DNA from: Clostridia bacterium
GTDB lineage: Bacteria > Bacillota > Peptococcia > Peptococcales > SKKY01
DNA length: 40,573 bases
Reading direction: 5' to 3'
NCBI GenBank assembly: GCA_007123515.1
Contig: SKKY01000018.1
Coordinates: 1 to 40,573, forward strand
Shown: piece by piece, positions 1 through 7,862 of the stretch
How positions within the stretch are numbered: the stretch's first letter is position 1
Layout of the letters: each line of letters opens with the position of its first letter
Program-made: the position numbers and the translations under genes
Notes under the pieces: model-generated
Database searches by the model: none
The model's input: the letters and a program-made list of their open reading frames with translations, nothing else
Told to the model about the DNA's origin: nothing

Positions 1-312
1 CTGCCCCTGCACTGGTTAGGATATCCAAATCTGCCTAAAGAAAACCTTCCGGCTAATTATGGAAGCATTGCTCTTTTTTGTGCGAAAGATCACGATCCCA
101 CCATAGCAGCTTCTTTTATCCATCAGGTGGCAAAACATTCAAAGAACTATGATTTCTTGATGGCAGGTTTTACCGAAAATCATCCTTTAACACCCGTTTT
201 CCAAAAACTCAAACACATCAAATACCAAAGTACACTTTATACGGTCCACTGGGAAACACCTTCCCCTATACTCGATGACCGACCCATTCATCTGGAAGTC
301 GGTTTGCTCTAA
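1..312 (+). CDS. hypothetical protein, C-terminal fragment (5' end outside window)
   Basis: Frame 1 is open from base 1 (LPLHWLGYPNLPKEN...) to TAA at 310-312. The track only shows the part after an internal start at 127. I can assign no diagnostic motif. Confidence 0.4.
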   Translation: MPLHWLGYPNLPKENLPANYGSIALFCAKDHDPTIAASFIHQVAKHSKNYDFLMAGFTENHPLTPVFQKLKHIKYQSTLYTVHWETPSPILDDRPIHLEVGLL

Positions 313-321
313 AAAAAAGAC

Positions 322-346
322 GAACGTATGCAATAAAACAGCGATC
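322..346 (+). promoter_or_regulatory. candidate ECF-type (autoregulated) promoter, GAAC-N16-CGAT
   Basis: GAAC at 322-325 and CGATC at 342-346 are separated by 16 nt, about 30 nt upstream of the sigma gene RBS (AAGGAG 366-371). This resembles the AAC-N16/17-CGT architecture of ECF promoters. It is a pattern match only. Confidence 0.25.
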
Positions 347-374
347 TCAGTAGTTAACTGAATGAAAGGAGCTC

Positions 375-971
375 ATGATGATACTTTTTGCAACTGTATG
401 GGGAAACCCGGTACCTGAGGGTAACCAACCAACATTAGCCCCTATTGATGAGGGAATCTTTCAAAGAATCGGTGATGATGACCCGGAAGCCCTAAAAGAG
501 CTTTATGAGTCTACTCACCGTGTTTTGTATGCCTATGTTCTCTCCATCGTGAAACATCATGAAGATGCCCTGGACCTTGTACAGGATACCTATATCAAAA
601 TTCGATCAGCCGCCCATTTATATAAACCGATGGGGAAACCCCTGGCATGGATGTTTACCATCGCCAAAAATTTAGCCAGGGATCAACTTCGAAGAAAGCA
701 AAGATTTACCGATTCGGAAGAATTAGATCTCGAGAATGATCCGAATTATTCTTATGTATCCGATCCCGATGATCGGATGGTATTATCTTCAGCTATGAAA
801 ATTTTGACTGAGGAAGAGCGGCAAATTGTTCTTCTGCACAGCGTCTCCGGATTTAAACATCGTGAATTGGCAGAAAATCTCAATCTCCCTATCGCAACCG
901 TTTTGTCAAAATATCATCGGGCGCTTAAAAAATTACGAAAAGAATTATCCGGAAAGGAGGAAACCCATTGA
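375..971 (+). CDS. RNA polymerase sigma factor, sigma-70 family, ECF-type (regions 2 and 4 only)
   Basis: 198 aa. Region 2-like DLVQDTYIKI...WMFTIAKNLARDQLRRK and region 4 HTH EERQIVLLHSVSGFKHRELAENLNLPIATVLSKYHRALKKLR. AAGGAG RBS 4 nt upstream of the ATG. The stop overlaps the next start (TTGA at 968-971). Confidence 0.85.
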   Translation: MMILFATVWGNPVPEGNQPTLAPIDEGIFQRIGDDDPEALKELYESTHRVLYAYVLSIVKHHEDALDLVQDTYIKIRSAAHLYKPMGKPLAWMFTIAKNLARDQLRRKQRFTDSEELDLENDPNYSYVSDPDDRMVLSSAMKILTEEERQIVLLHSVSGFKHRELAENLNLPIATVLSKYHRALKKLRKELSGKEETH

Positions 972-2233
972 ACAACAAAGAGATTCAACAACGATTGCAA
1001 CGAGCAGTAAATGAGGCTCCCATTGATCTATTTAAAACCATCCAGGACACTCCCATTGAAAAAATGCAAAAGCATGACTCGGTCACAGAACAGAAAAAAT
1101 CCAGCATTCATCGCAGATTCTTAAGACCTCTTTCTCTTGGTGTTTCCTTTATGCTGATGCTGGTGATGGGACTTACCGGATGGTACTACTATTCTTTTAG
1201 CCCTGACAGTTATCTCTATTTTGATGTGAATCCCGGAATTGAAATAGTCACCAATCGTCAAGACCAAGTGATTGATGTAAGTGGCAGTAATGATTTGGGC
1301 AAGGAAATCATTGCATCCATTGACTATCGAAAAAAAGAGATCGGTCAGGTTCAGGAGCAGATTCTGGATAATATGCTGGAAAAAGGCATCTTAAAAGATA
1401 CACGACAAGTCATGCTGGTTTCCGCTTTTAATAAGGATCAGGAAAAAAGTAAAGAAATCCTTCGGAATTTCGACAATACCATTCATCAATACTTTGACGA
1501 TAAAGAATTTACTCTTGTTGTTCTTCGTCAGGTCATCGACAAAAACAGTACCTTGGTAGAATTTTCAGAGAATTATAATATGACCATGGGAAAAATTACC
1601 TTTATTCGAAACTTAATGATCTTAAACCCTGATTTTCTGCTGGAAGATTTAGTACATCTATCTTTAAAAGAATTACTGATGCTGTCTCTTCAGACAGACT
1701 TAAGACTTGATCGTATCGTTGAGTCGGATGATAACTATGAAGAGTTTCGTTTGCCGGACATCCCTGAAAGTTCTGAACCAGAGACAGAACCACAAAATCA
1801 ACCAAAACCAGGTTTGTCAGAGAGAGTATCTATGCATGAAGCAAAAGAAATCGCTCTCAATCGAGTCGGTGGCGGTATGGTTATTGAGCTGGAATATGAC
1901 GCTGATGATCAGGAGTACGAGATAACCATTCAATTTAATGGTTATGAGTACGAGATAGAAATGGATGCTTTAACAGGCGACATTACAGAAATCGATTCCG
2001 ATGAATTAGACGATGATGACAGATTTTATGGTGATCCGGGATTGATTGGTCTCAATCAGGCAAGGGAAATCGCCCTTAATCGGGTTGGCGGTGGGATCAT
2101 CGAGAAAATTGAACTTGATGAAGAAGATGACCGTTTCATTTACGAAGTCGAATTAGATTTTGACGGGGTAGAATACGAACTAGAGATTGATGCCTACACA
2201 GGTGAAATTCTTTCTTTTGAAAAAGATGATTAA
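968..2233 (+). CDS. single-pass membrane anti-sigma factor candidate: short cytoplasmic N-terminus, TM helix, RsgI-like extracytoplasmic domain, two PepSY domains
   Basis: Translationally coupled to the sigma gene (TTG start at 968 overlaps TGA at 969-971). TM segment LSLGVSFMLMLVMGLTGWYYY. Motif FDVNPGIEIVTNRQDQVIDVSGSNDLG (nt 1223-1246 encode DVNPGIEI). Two C-terminal PepSY-like units (AKEIALNRVGGG...YEYEIEMDALTGDI and AREIALNRVGGG...VEYELEIDAYTGEI). No Cys/His zinc motif in the N-terminal ~55 aa. Confidence 0.7.
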   Translation: MNNKEIQQRLQRAVNEAPIDLFKTIQDTPIEKMQKHDSVTEQKKSSIHRRFLRPLSLGVSFMLMLVMGLTGWYYYSFSPDSYLYFDVNPGIEIVTNRQDQVIDVSGSNDLGKEIIASIDYRKKEIGQVQEQILDNMLEKGILKDTRQVMLVSAFNKDQEKSKEILRNFDNTIHQYFDDKEFTLVVLRQVIDKNSTLVEFSENYNMTMGKITFIRNLMILNPDFLLEDLVHLSLKELLMLSLQTDLRLDRIVESDDNYEEFRLPDIPESSEPETEPQNQPKPGLSERVSMHEAKEIALNRVGGGMVIELEYDADDQEYEITIQFNGYEYEIEMDALTGDITEIDSDELDDDDRFYGDPGLIGLNQAREIALNRVGGGIIEKIELDEEDDRFIYEVELDFDGVEYELEIDAYTGEILSFEKDD

Positions 2234-2320
2234 AAAATTAAAATATAATGAAATAAAAGCAAACCTTCCAGCGTTATAAGGGTAGAAAGTAAAGTAGCAC
2301 TACACAAGGAGGACGTAACC

Positions 2321-3814
2321 ATGGATGCAAGTAAAAAGAACATTGGACTGTTGAGCAGTGTGGTTGTCATAGCCATTATTGTTGTCGCATTTTTAATATG
2401 GCCGGCTCATCAGTTTACACTTGATGTAAACCCCAGTCTGGAAATTACCACAAACCGGCTGGAGCGAGTCACAAACATTGAGGCGCTTAATGATGATGCC
2501 AGGGAATTTTTAGAAGGATATGAGATGGACGACCGAAATTTAGAGGCTGTTATAAACGGATTGGTCGATCGAATGATCCTTACTGGCCACATTTCTGGTG
2601 GTCATGATAATATCGTAATGATCACCGTGGCAAATGATGAATTACATGATGCCTATGTAGAAAAAGTCAATGCAGCGATCGCTGCCCTTCTTGAGAACAG
2701 ACAATTGGAATACACAATTTTACTTCAAGGCTGGACTGAAACCGATGACAGCGACGATGATCCAGAAGTTTCAAGAGGAAGACGGACACTTATAAAAAAT
2801 CTGCTTGAGAAGAATGCAGACCTAACCTATGATGAATTATCACGAATAAGTCTTCAGGATCTACTGATCACTGCAGAGCAAATCAATGTATCTCCTGATG
2901 AATTGTTTGCTAGATTTACCCGTGGTCATGTATCAGACTCAGAAAATCGAGAAGTGATTGGTTTTGAAAGAGCGATTGCGATCGCACTTGAACACGTTGG
3001 TGGAGGAACCGTTACCGAGTTCGAATATGATCGCGATGATGCTGAATATGAGATTGAAATCTACTATAATGGCTATGAATATGACTTAGACATCGACGCC
3101 TTTACAGGAGATATTAAAAAATTCGAGCGGGAGCGGGACGATGATACATCTTCAGATTCACCTTCAAGTCAAGAAGTGATTGGTCTGGAAAGAGCGATTG
3201 CGATTGCACTTGAACGCGTTGGAGGCGGTACTGTTACCGAATTTGAATATGATCGCGATGATGCTGAGTACGAAGTTGAAATTTCGTTTAATGGTCGGGA
3301 ATACGATGTAGAAATCGACGCCTTTACTGGCGAAATTAAGAAGTTCGAATGGGAACGGGACGATGATGCGTTTTCTGGAGCACCCTCTAACCAAACCGTA
3401 ATTGGTCGGGATAAGGCTATTGAAATTGCTCTGGCTAAAGTTGGAGGCGGAACAATTGTCGAGTTTGAGTATGATCGTGATGATGCTGAATACGAGATCG
3501 AGATTATCTTTGAAGGCTATGAATACGAATTAGAGATCGATGCCTTTACTGGCGAGATTAAAGACTTCGAACAGGAGCGTAAAGATGATGCCTCCACACC
3601 ATCGTCTTCAACTCAAACGGTAATCAGTCGTGATAAGGCCATTGAAATTGCTTTGACTAGAATTGGTGGTGGCACAGTTGTCGAGTTTGAGTATGATCGC
3701 GAAGACGCTGAATACGAGATCGAAATTATCTTTGAAGGCTATGAATACGAATTAGAAATCGATGCCTTTACTGGCGAAATTACAGATTTTGAACGAGAAA
3801 AGAAAGATGATTAA
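2321..3814 (+). CDS. membrane-anchored RsgI-like domain protein with four tandem PepSY domains (no cytoplasmic domain)
   Basis: 497 aa. AAGGAGG RBS 8 nt upstream. Only ~8 residues precede the TM helix (LLSSVVVIAIIVVAFLIW). Then LDVNPSLEITTNRLERVTNIEALNDD (DVNPSLEI = nt 2423-2446) and 4 copies of VIGxERAIAIALExVGGGTVxEFEYDRDDAEYEIEI..G.EY.L.IDAFTGEI joined by acidic/Ser-rich linkers. Confidence 0.75.
   Translation: MDASKKNIGLLSSVVVIAIIVVAFLIWPAHQFTLDVNPSLEITTNRLERVTNIEALNDDAREFLEGYEMDDRNLEAVINGLVDRMILTGHISGGHDNIVMITVANDELHDAYVEKVNAAIAALLENRQLEYTILLQGWTETDDSDDDPEVSRGRRTLIKNLLEKNADLTYDELSRISLQDLLITAEQINVSPDELFARFTRGHVSDSENREVIGFERAIAIALEHVGGGTVTEFEYDRDDAEYEIEIYYNGYEYDLDIDAFTGDIKKFERERDDDTSSDSPSSQEVIGLERAIAIALERVGGGTVTEFEYDRDDAEYEVEISFNGREYDVEIDAFTGEIKKFEWERDDDAFSGAPSNQTVIGRDKAIEIALAKVGGGTIVEFEYDRDDAEYEIEIIFEGYEYELEIDAFTGEIKDFEQERKDDASTPSSSTQTVISRDKAIEIALTRIGGGTVVEFEYDREDAEYEIEIIFEGYEYELEIDAFTGEITDFEREKKDD
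2951..3811 (+). repeat. in-frame tandem repeat, 4 units of 222 nt (74 codons), each encoding one PepSY domain plus linker
   Basis: Unit starts at 2951, 3173, 3395 and 3617, exactly 222 nt apart. Units 1/2 and 3/4 are nearly identical at nucleotide level over long stretches (e.g. gagtttgagtatgatcg.gatgatgctgaatacgagatcga). Confidence 0.9.
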
Positions 3815-3843
3815 ACTTTAAGCTATATAAGCTGAAACAAAAT

Positions 3844-3897
3844 AGCACTGACCTCCAAAAGGACACTAGTCTGACATTCGGGGGTCAGTGCTTTTAT
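3844..3897 (+). terminator. rho-independent terminator of the sigma/anti-sigma/PepSY operon
   Basis: agcactgacc (3844-3853) pairs with ggtcagtgct (3883-3892), is extendable by 3 more pairs, and is followed by ttttat. Confidence 0.6.
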
Positions 3898-3903
3898 ATT
3901 CAG

Positions 3904-3936
3904 CAAAAATAAAGACCGCTAAAAAATTAGCGGTCT
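3904..3936 (-). terminator. rho-independent terminator of the DEAD-box helicase gene
   Basis: 9-bp stem agaccgcta / tagcggtct (3913-3921 / 3928-3936) with a 6-nt loop. On the minus strand it is followed by TTATTTTTG. Confidence 0.7.
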
Positions 3937-3957
3937 ACTCATCCTTATTCACAGGAT

Positions 3958-5193
3958 CTATCTGTCTTTGTATTTTGGTCGTCTGTTGCTTGGTCTGGCA
4001 TTTTTTACCGCCAATTTTTTTACCGGCTGTGCCGGCTTATACTCAGGTGGCATATCCACTAAAGGAAATGGATGTTCTTCAACTACCGGTATGGTTTTTC
4101 CGATAAGTTTCTGAATATCTTTCAATAGCGGTTTTTCTTCATGGTCACAAAATGCGATCGCGATTCCGCCAAGGCCGGCTCTTCCTGTCCGTCCAATCCG
4201 GTGAACATACGTTTCCGGTACCTCCGGCAGATCAAAGTTAAACACATGTGATAATTCATCAATATCAATCCCTCTGGCCGCAATGTCAGTAGCAACCAGG
4301 ATTCTTGTTCTTTTTGCCTTAAAACTATTTAATGCCGCCTGTCTGGCATTCTGGGATTTATTTCCGTGAATAGCCTCAGCCGTATATCCTGCTTTAACTA
4401 GTGATTTTACAATTTTATCGGCTCCACGTTTGGTTCTTGAGAACACTAGCGCAGAGAGAATGTCTTTATTTTTAAGCAATTCTATCAATAGCGCCGTTTT
4501 ATTTTTCTTATTTACAAAATAGACTTCCTGTCTGATCACTTCGACAGTCGATGATACCGGCGTTACTTCGACTTTCATTGGATCTTTTAACAATTGATTC
4601 GCTAGTTTTTCTATTTCTTCCGGCATGGTTGCAGAAAAAAGCATCGTCTGCCTTTTAACCGGAATGTTTGTTATGATTCTCTTTACATCCGGAAGCATGC
4701 CCATATCAAGCATTTGATCGGACTCATCCAGGACAAAATAATCAACTTTATCTAATTTGACAAATCCCTGATTAATCAGATCTAACAATCTCCCCGGCGT
4801 GGCCACAAGGATATCAATTCCGATTCCCAAAAACTTCGTTTGCGGATTTTGTGAGACTCCTCCATAGATGACTAATGATTTTAATCCCAGATGCCTTCCA
4901 TAGGCTTTAAAGCTATCCCCGATTTGGATAGCCAATTCCCGTGTTGGAGCTAATATCAAGGCTTTTATCGGTCTTTTTCCTTTAGGATTTACAGGAAATT
5001 TTGCAATCCCCTGTAAAATCGGAATCGCAAAAGCTGCGGTTTTACCCGTTCCTGTTTGAGCGCAACCCAATAAATCTTTTCCTTTTAATAAAGAAGGAAT
5101 CGCTTTCACTTGTATCGGTGTAGGATTCGTATATCCTTCAGTTTTTAAAGCCTTCTGAATAGGCTCAATAATCTTTAATTCTTCAAATAACAC
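3958..5193 (-). CDS. DEAD-box ATP-dependent RNA helicase (RhlE/CshA-like) with basic C-terminal tail
   Basis: Q motif PTPIQ, motif [15 protein letters not shown], motif [24 protein letters not shown] start preceded by AAGGAG. Confidence 0.9.
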   Translation of the reverse strand: MLFEELKIIEPIQKALKTEGYTNPTPIQVKAIPSLLKGKDLLGCAQTGTGKTAAFAIPILQGIAKFPVNPKGKRPIKALILAPTRELAIQIGDSFKAYGRHLGLKSLVIYGGVSQNPQTKFLGIGIDILVATPGRLLDLINQGFVKLDKVDYFVLDESDQMLDMGMLPDVKRIITNIPVKRQTMLFSATMPEEIEKLANQLLKDPMKVEVTPVSSTVEVIRQEVYFVNKKNKTALLIELLKNKDILSALVFSRTKRGADKIVKSLVKAGYTAEAIHGNKSQNARQAALNSFKAKRTRILVATDIAARGIDIDELSHVFNFDLPEVPETYVHRIGRTGRAGLGGIAIAFCDHEEKPLLKDIQKLIGKTIPVVEEHPFPLVDMPPEYKPAQPVKKLAVKNARPSNRRPKYKDR

Positions 5194-5263
5194 TTCTATT
5201 TCTCCTTTTCGTCCATTCCCCGGACATCTTTTTACCCTGCCTTATTATACAGGTTTTTACAAT

Positions 5264-5306
5264 CAAAAAAAGCGCTTCCTTATTCAGCAACATTCCAAAG
5301 AAGCAC
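5264..5306 (-). terminator. rho-independent terminator after ywbE
   Basis: The minus-strand RNA GUGCUUCUUU-N14-AAGGAAGCGC forms 10 bp, with G-U pairs that form only on this strand. It is followed by U7. Confidence 0.65.
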
Positions 5307-5311
5307 TTTTC

Positions 5312-5506
5312 CTATTCTATGATTTCTTTGACTCTTCCTACAAGACCATTATCGAGCATCACTTTAATTCCATGCGGATGTGTTTGTGATTTTGTAAGGA
5401 TTTTCCCAACAACTCCATCGGTTAATTTCCCCGAGCGCTGATCCTGCTTTTGTACAACTCTGACTTTTGTGCCTATCGTCATCTTTTTTCCTTTACTTAT
5501 ATCCAA
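5312..5506 (-). CDS. ywbE: YwbE family protein (small conserved protein of unknown function)
   Basis: 64 aa. VVQKQDQRSGKLTDGVVGKILTKSQTHPHGIKVMLDNGLVGRVKEI matches the YwbE signature (KQDQRTGKLT...HPHGIKV...GRV). TTG start with AAGGAG 9 nt upstream. Confidence 0.75.
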   Translation of the reverse strand: MDISKGKKMTIGTKVRVVQKQDQRSGKLTDGVVGKILTKSQTHPHGIKVMLDNGLVGRVKEIIE

Positions 5507-5539
5507 AATTATTTTCTCCTTAATTTTAATAGCAGAAGC

Positions 5540-5803
5540 TTATCTGTATATATTTTTTTTGTGTCCAATATCAATGACTACAATAGTGATTCTTTCATCA
5601 TCTATTTCACAGATAATTCTAAAATCCTCTACCCGAAATCTCCAGAACCCTTTCAAATGGACTGATAATGCTTTTCCTTTAGCTCTGGGTTCTTCGAGAT
5701 TTTCGATCTTTCTCATATAACTGATCAACAGTTTTTGAACATTTTCATCCATTTTCTTTATTTGCCTCAGGCTGTTTTCTGTATATATTAGTTTGTGACT
5801 CAT
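5540..5803 (-). CDS. type II toxin, RelE/ParE family
   Basis: 87 aa. WRFRVEDFRIICEIDDERITIVVIDIGHKKNIY is the typical RelE/StbE C-terminal pattern. The start overlaps the antitoxin stop (ATGA, 5800-5803). Confidence 0.85.
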   Translation of the reverse strand: MSHKLIYTENSLRQIKKMDENVQKLLISYMRKIENLEEPRAKGKALSVHLKGFWRFRVEDFRIICEIDDERITIVVIDIGHKKNIYR

Positions 5804-6012
5804 AACCCCAGTTTTTTTTCAACTTCATTAGCATCGTAATGCTCTATTGATTCTTTTTTATTTAGATATTCATTGACTATTTTCAAATCCAATTCTTCTT
5901 CTATTTTTTCTAATGAGGCCTCTCTGATAAATTCAGAAATTTTCATGTTTTTTGAATTTGCATAATTTCTAATGATTTTTTCATCTTCGGGATTAAATCT
6001 TACAGAAACCAT
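5800..6012 (-). CDS. type II antitoxin, ribbon-helix-helix (RelB/StbD-like)
   Basis: 70 aa. N-terminal VSVRFNPEDEKIIRNYANSKNMKISEFIREASLEKIEEELD has an RHH-like pattern. It lies upstream of and overlaps the toxin. GGAGG RBS. Confidence 0.75.
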   Translation of the reverse strand: MVSVRFNPEDEKIIRNYANSKNMKISEFIREASLEKIEEELDLKIVNEYLNKKESIEHYDANEVEKKLGL

Positions 6013-6034
6013 AGTAATACCTCCTTAAAATATT

Positions 6035-6063
6035 ATTGTACTACAATGTATTACGATAGTCAA
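6035..6063 (-). promoter_or_regulatory. sigma-A type promoter of the TA cassette with a palindromic operator over the -10
   Basis: On the minus strand: TTGACT (6058-6063), 17 nt, TACAAT (6035-6040). The -10 is half of the palindrome ATTGTA-G-TACAAT (6035-6047). Confidence 0.55.
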
Positions 6064-6089
6064 TTTTTCAAAAATCCTGACGCTTATCC

Positions 6090-7586
6090 CTATCCGTCTA
6101 TTTCATCTTCGTTATATGCATCATCGAACTCCACCTGATCTCTGACCCAGACAGAAACCTGACCACCGTTACAGGGAAAGACACCATTGCCATCCTTATC
6201 AATAGTGACTTTATCAGTCCGGTTCCCGGCGTAATCGGCATAACTAGCACCTTGATTGATGGAACCAACGTTCATTTGTTTTTCTCCACCTTCGCCATTA
6301 CTCATGACAACCGCACAACCATAAGGATGCTCTTCATCACCCATCCGAACCCAGCCGATGATATTATTGTGATCAAAATAGTCCACCTCTTCGCCATAGG
6401 CATGACGAGTCCGCAGATACAGTAATGCATCTATCATTTCCCGCTGCCCTTCAATGGGCTCCGGAGACTTGATGCCATAGTAATCTCCAAAGAATATACA
6501 CGGGTATCCGTCCCGACGGAGCAGGATCAGTGCATAGGCTAACGGCTTAAACCAGGGTTCAAGCCAGGACTGCAGAGCCTGTGTCGGCTGAGAGTCATGG
6601 TTGTCTACAAAGGTCACCGCATAATCCGGATGTTCCCGGACCAGTGTTCCTTCAAAGATTTTGCTCATATCGTATTGATCACCGGAATAACTGGCCATAT
6701 ACATATTAAAATGAAGTTTCACATCAAACAAATCCATCTCGTAGTCAGTGTTTTCCAGATAGTTGTTGATCTCTTCTGTCTCCTGACTCCAGTATTCCCC
6801 CACTGCATAGAAATCTTTGCGGTATTCACGTTTGATTTTCCGGACGAGGTCACGCACAAAATAGTCATTGATGTGCTTAACTGCATCAAAGCGGAAACCA
6901 TCCACACCCGTCTCATTGACAAACCAAATGGCCCAGTTTCCTATCTCCTTCACCACATCGTCAGATCTGAAATCAATATTATTAAACATAAGGTAGTCAA
7001 AATTTCCCTTTTCATAATTGACTCCATCTGACCACTCTTTGTTACTGCCTTCGATCATGTAAATGGCACGTTTACTATTTCTCGCATTGAAATCAACTCC
7101 GGAGAAATGGATCCACCTCCACTTAAATGAAGAATACTGATCACCGCGTCCCGGGAAGGTGAATTTTGTCCAGGCATCAATTTCGTAGGCTTCTGAAATC
7201 GCTTTTGTTCGATCGGAAGGATCCATTTCCCTTACCATAAACGTCTCTTTTTCATCACCATTAGCTTTATGGTTTAAGACTACATCGGCGTATACCTGTA
7301 TCCCATGCTCATGAAGCACACGAATGGCTTCCAGAAGTTCTTCCTTTGATCCATACTTAGTTTCGACCGATCCCTTTTGATCAAATTCACCCAGGTCGTA
7401 AAGATCATAAGTGCCGTAGCCTGCATCAAAGGGTGAAGTAGCCTTGAATACCGGAGGGATCCAGACACTGGTGGTACCCAGCTTTTTCAGATGCCCGGCT
7501 TCCTCTTTCAAATGGACCCAAAGTTGATTATCAAGACCCTCCATATACCATTCAAAATATTGAAACATAATTCCGTTTTGAGCCAC
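6090..7586 (-). CDS. cytoplasmic alpha-amylase, glycoside hydrolase family 13 (AmyA / Bacillus licheniformis-type)
   Basis: 498 aa. N-terminus NGIMFQYFEWY, DVVLNHK, GFRFDAVKHI, EYW, FVDNHD. No signal peptide. GTG start at 7584-7586. Confidence 0.9.
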   Translation of the reverse strand: MAQNGIMFQYFEWYMEGLDNQLWVHLKEEAGHLKKLGTTSVWIPPVFKATSPFDAGYGTYDLYDLGEFDQKGSVETKYGSKEELLEAIRVLHEHGIQVYADVVLNHKANGDEKETFMVREMDPSDRTKAISEAYEIDAWTKFTFPGRGDQYSSFKWRWIHFSGVDFNARNSKRAIYMIEGSNKEWSDGVNYEKGNFDYLMFNNIDFRSDDVVKEIGNWAIWFVNETGVDGFRFDAVKHINDYFVRDLVRKIKREYRKDFYAVGEYWSQETEEINNYLENTDYEMDLFDVKLHFNMYMASYSGDQYDMSKIFEGTLVREHPDYAVTFVDNHDSQPTQALQSWLEPWFKPLAYALILLRRDGYPCIFFGDYYGIKSPEPIEGQREMIDALLYLRTRHAYGEEVDYFDHNNIIGWVRMGDEEHPYGCAVVMSNGEGGEKQMNVGSINQGASYADYAGNRTDKVTIDKDGNGVFPCNGGQVSVWVRDQVEFDDAYNEDEIDG

Positions 7587-7708
7587 CTATTATTCCCGCC
7601 TTTCCATTATAATCATAATAAAACCACCTACTGACAAAAATCTTTATTATCATAAATAGGTGGTCATATATTTGATGAATTACTCTTGGTAAATCGCCGC
7701 GTTCTTTT

Positions 7709-7780
7709 TTAAATTAAGTTAAAAAACCAAAGAATCACTAATACAACCAATATGGTTCCAATTATACCTAAGCCTCTCAT
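7709..7780 (-). CDS. candidate small hydrophobic membrane peptide (23 aa), below the ORF-track cutoff
   Basis: ATG 7778-7780 is preceded by GAAAGGAG with an 8-nt spacer. Translation MRGLGIIGTILVVLVILWFFNLI, stop TAA 7709-7711. One predicted TM helix. Confidence 0.4.
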   Translation of the reverse strand: MRGLGIIGTILVVLVILWFFNLI

Positions 7781-7862
7781 AGTAACTTCTCCTTTCAAAT
7801 AATAATAGTTGTTACCGTAATTATCATTACCTGGTTCGTTTTAGCAGGATATGCTTAATTTG

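Noticed and set aside
826-1014. 62-aa ORF overlapping the sigma / anti-sigma junction, plus 1707-1925 (+) and 1602-1805 (-) inside the anti-sigma gene
   Set aside because: These are alternate-frame overlaps with no RBS. The junction is already explained by the TTGA translational coupling of the two supported genes.
6597-7031. 144-aa plus-strand ORF, plus similar long antisense ORFs at 9146-9697, 17689-18111, 22207-22602 and 34700-35209
   Set aside because: Each lies entirely inside and antisense to a strongly supported gene (amylase, SLC13 permease, PPase, pgk-tpi, ctp). They lack RBSs and have low-complexity or biased composition typical of shadow ORFs.
7587-7620. Catabolite-responsive element (cre) in front of the alpha-amylase gene
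   Set aside because: The closest candidate (TGGAAAGGCGGGAATA) fails the central CG and flanking positions of the TGWAANCGNTNWCA consensus.
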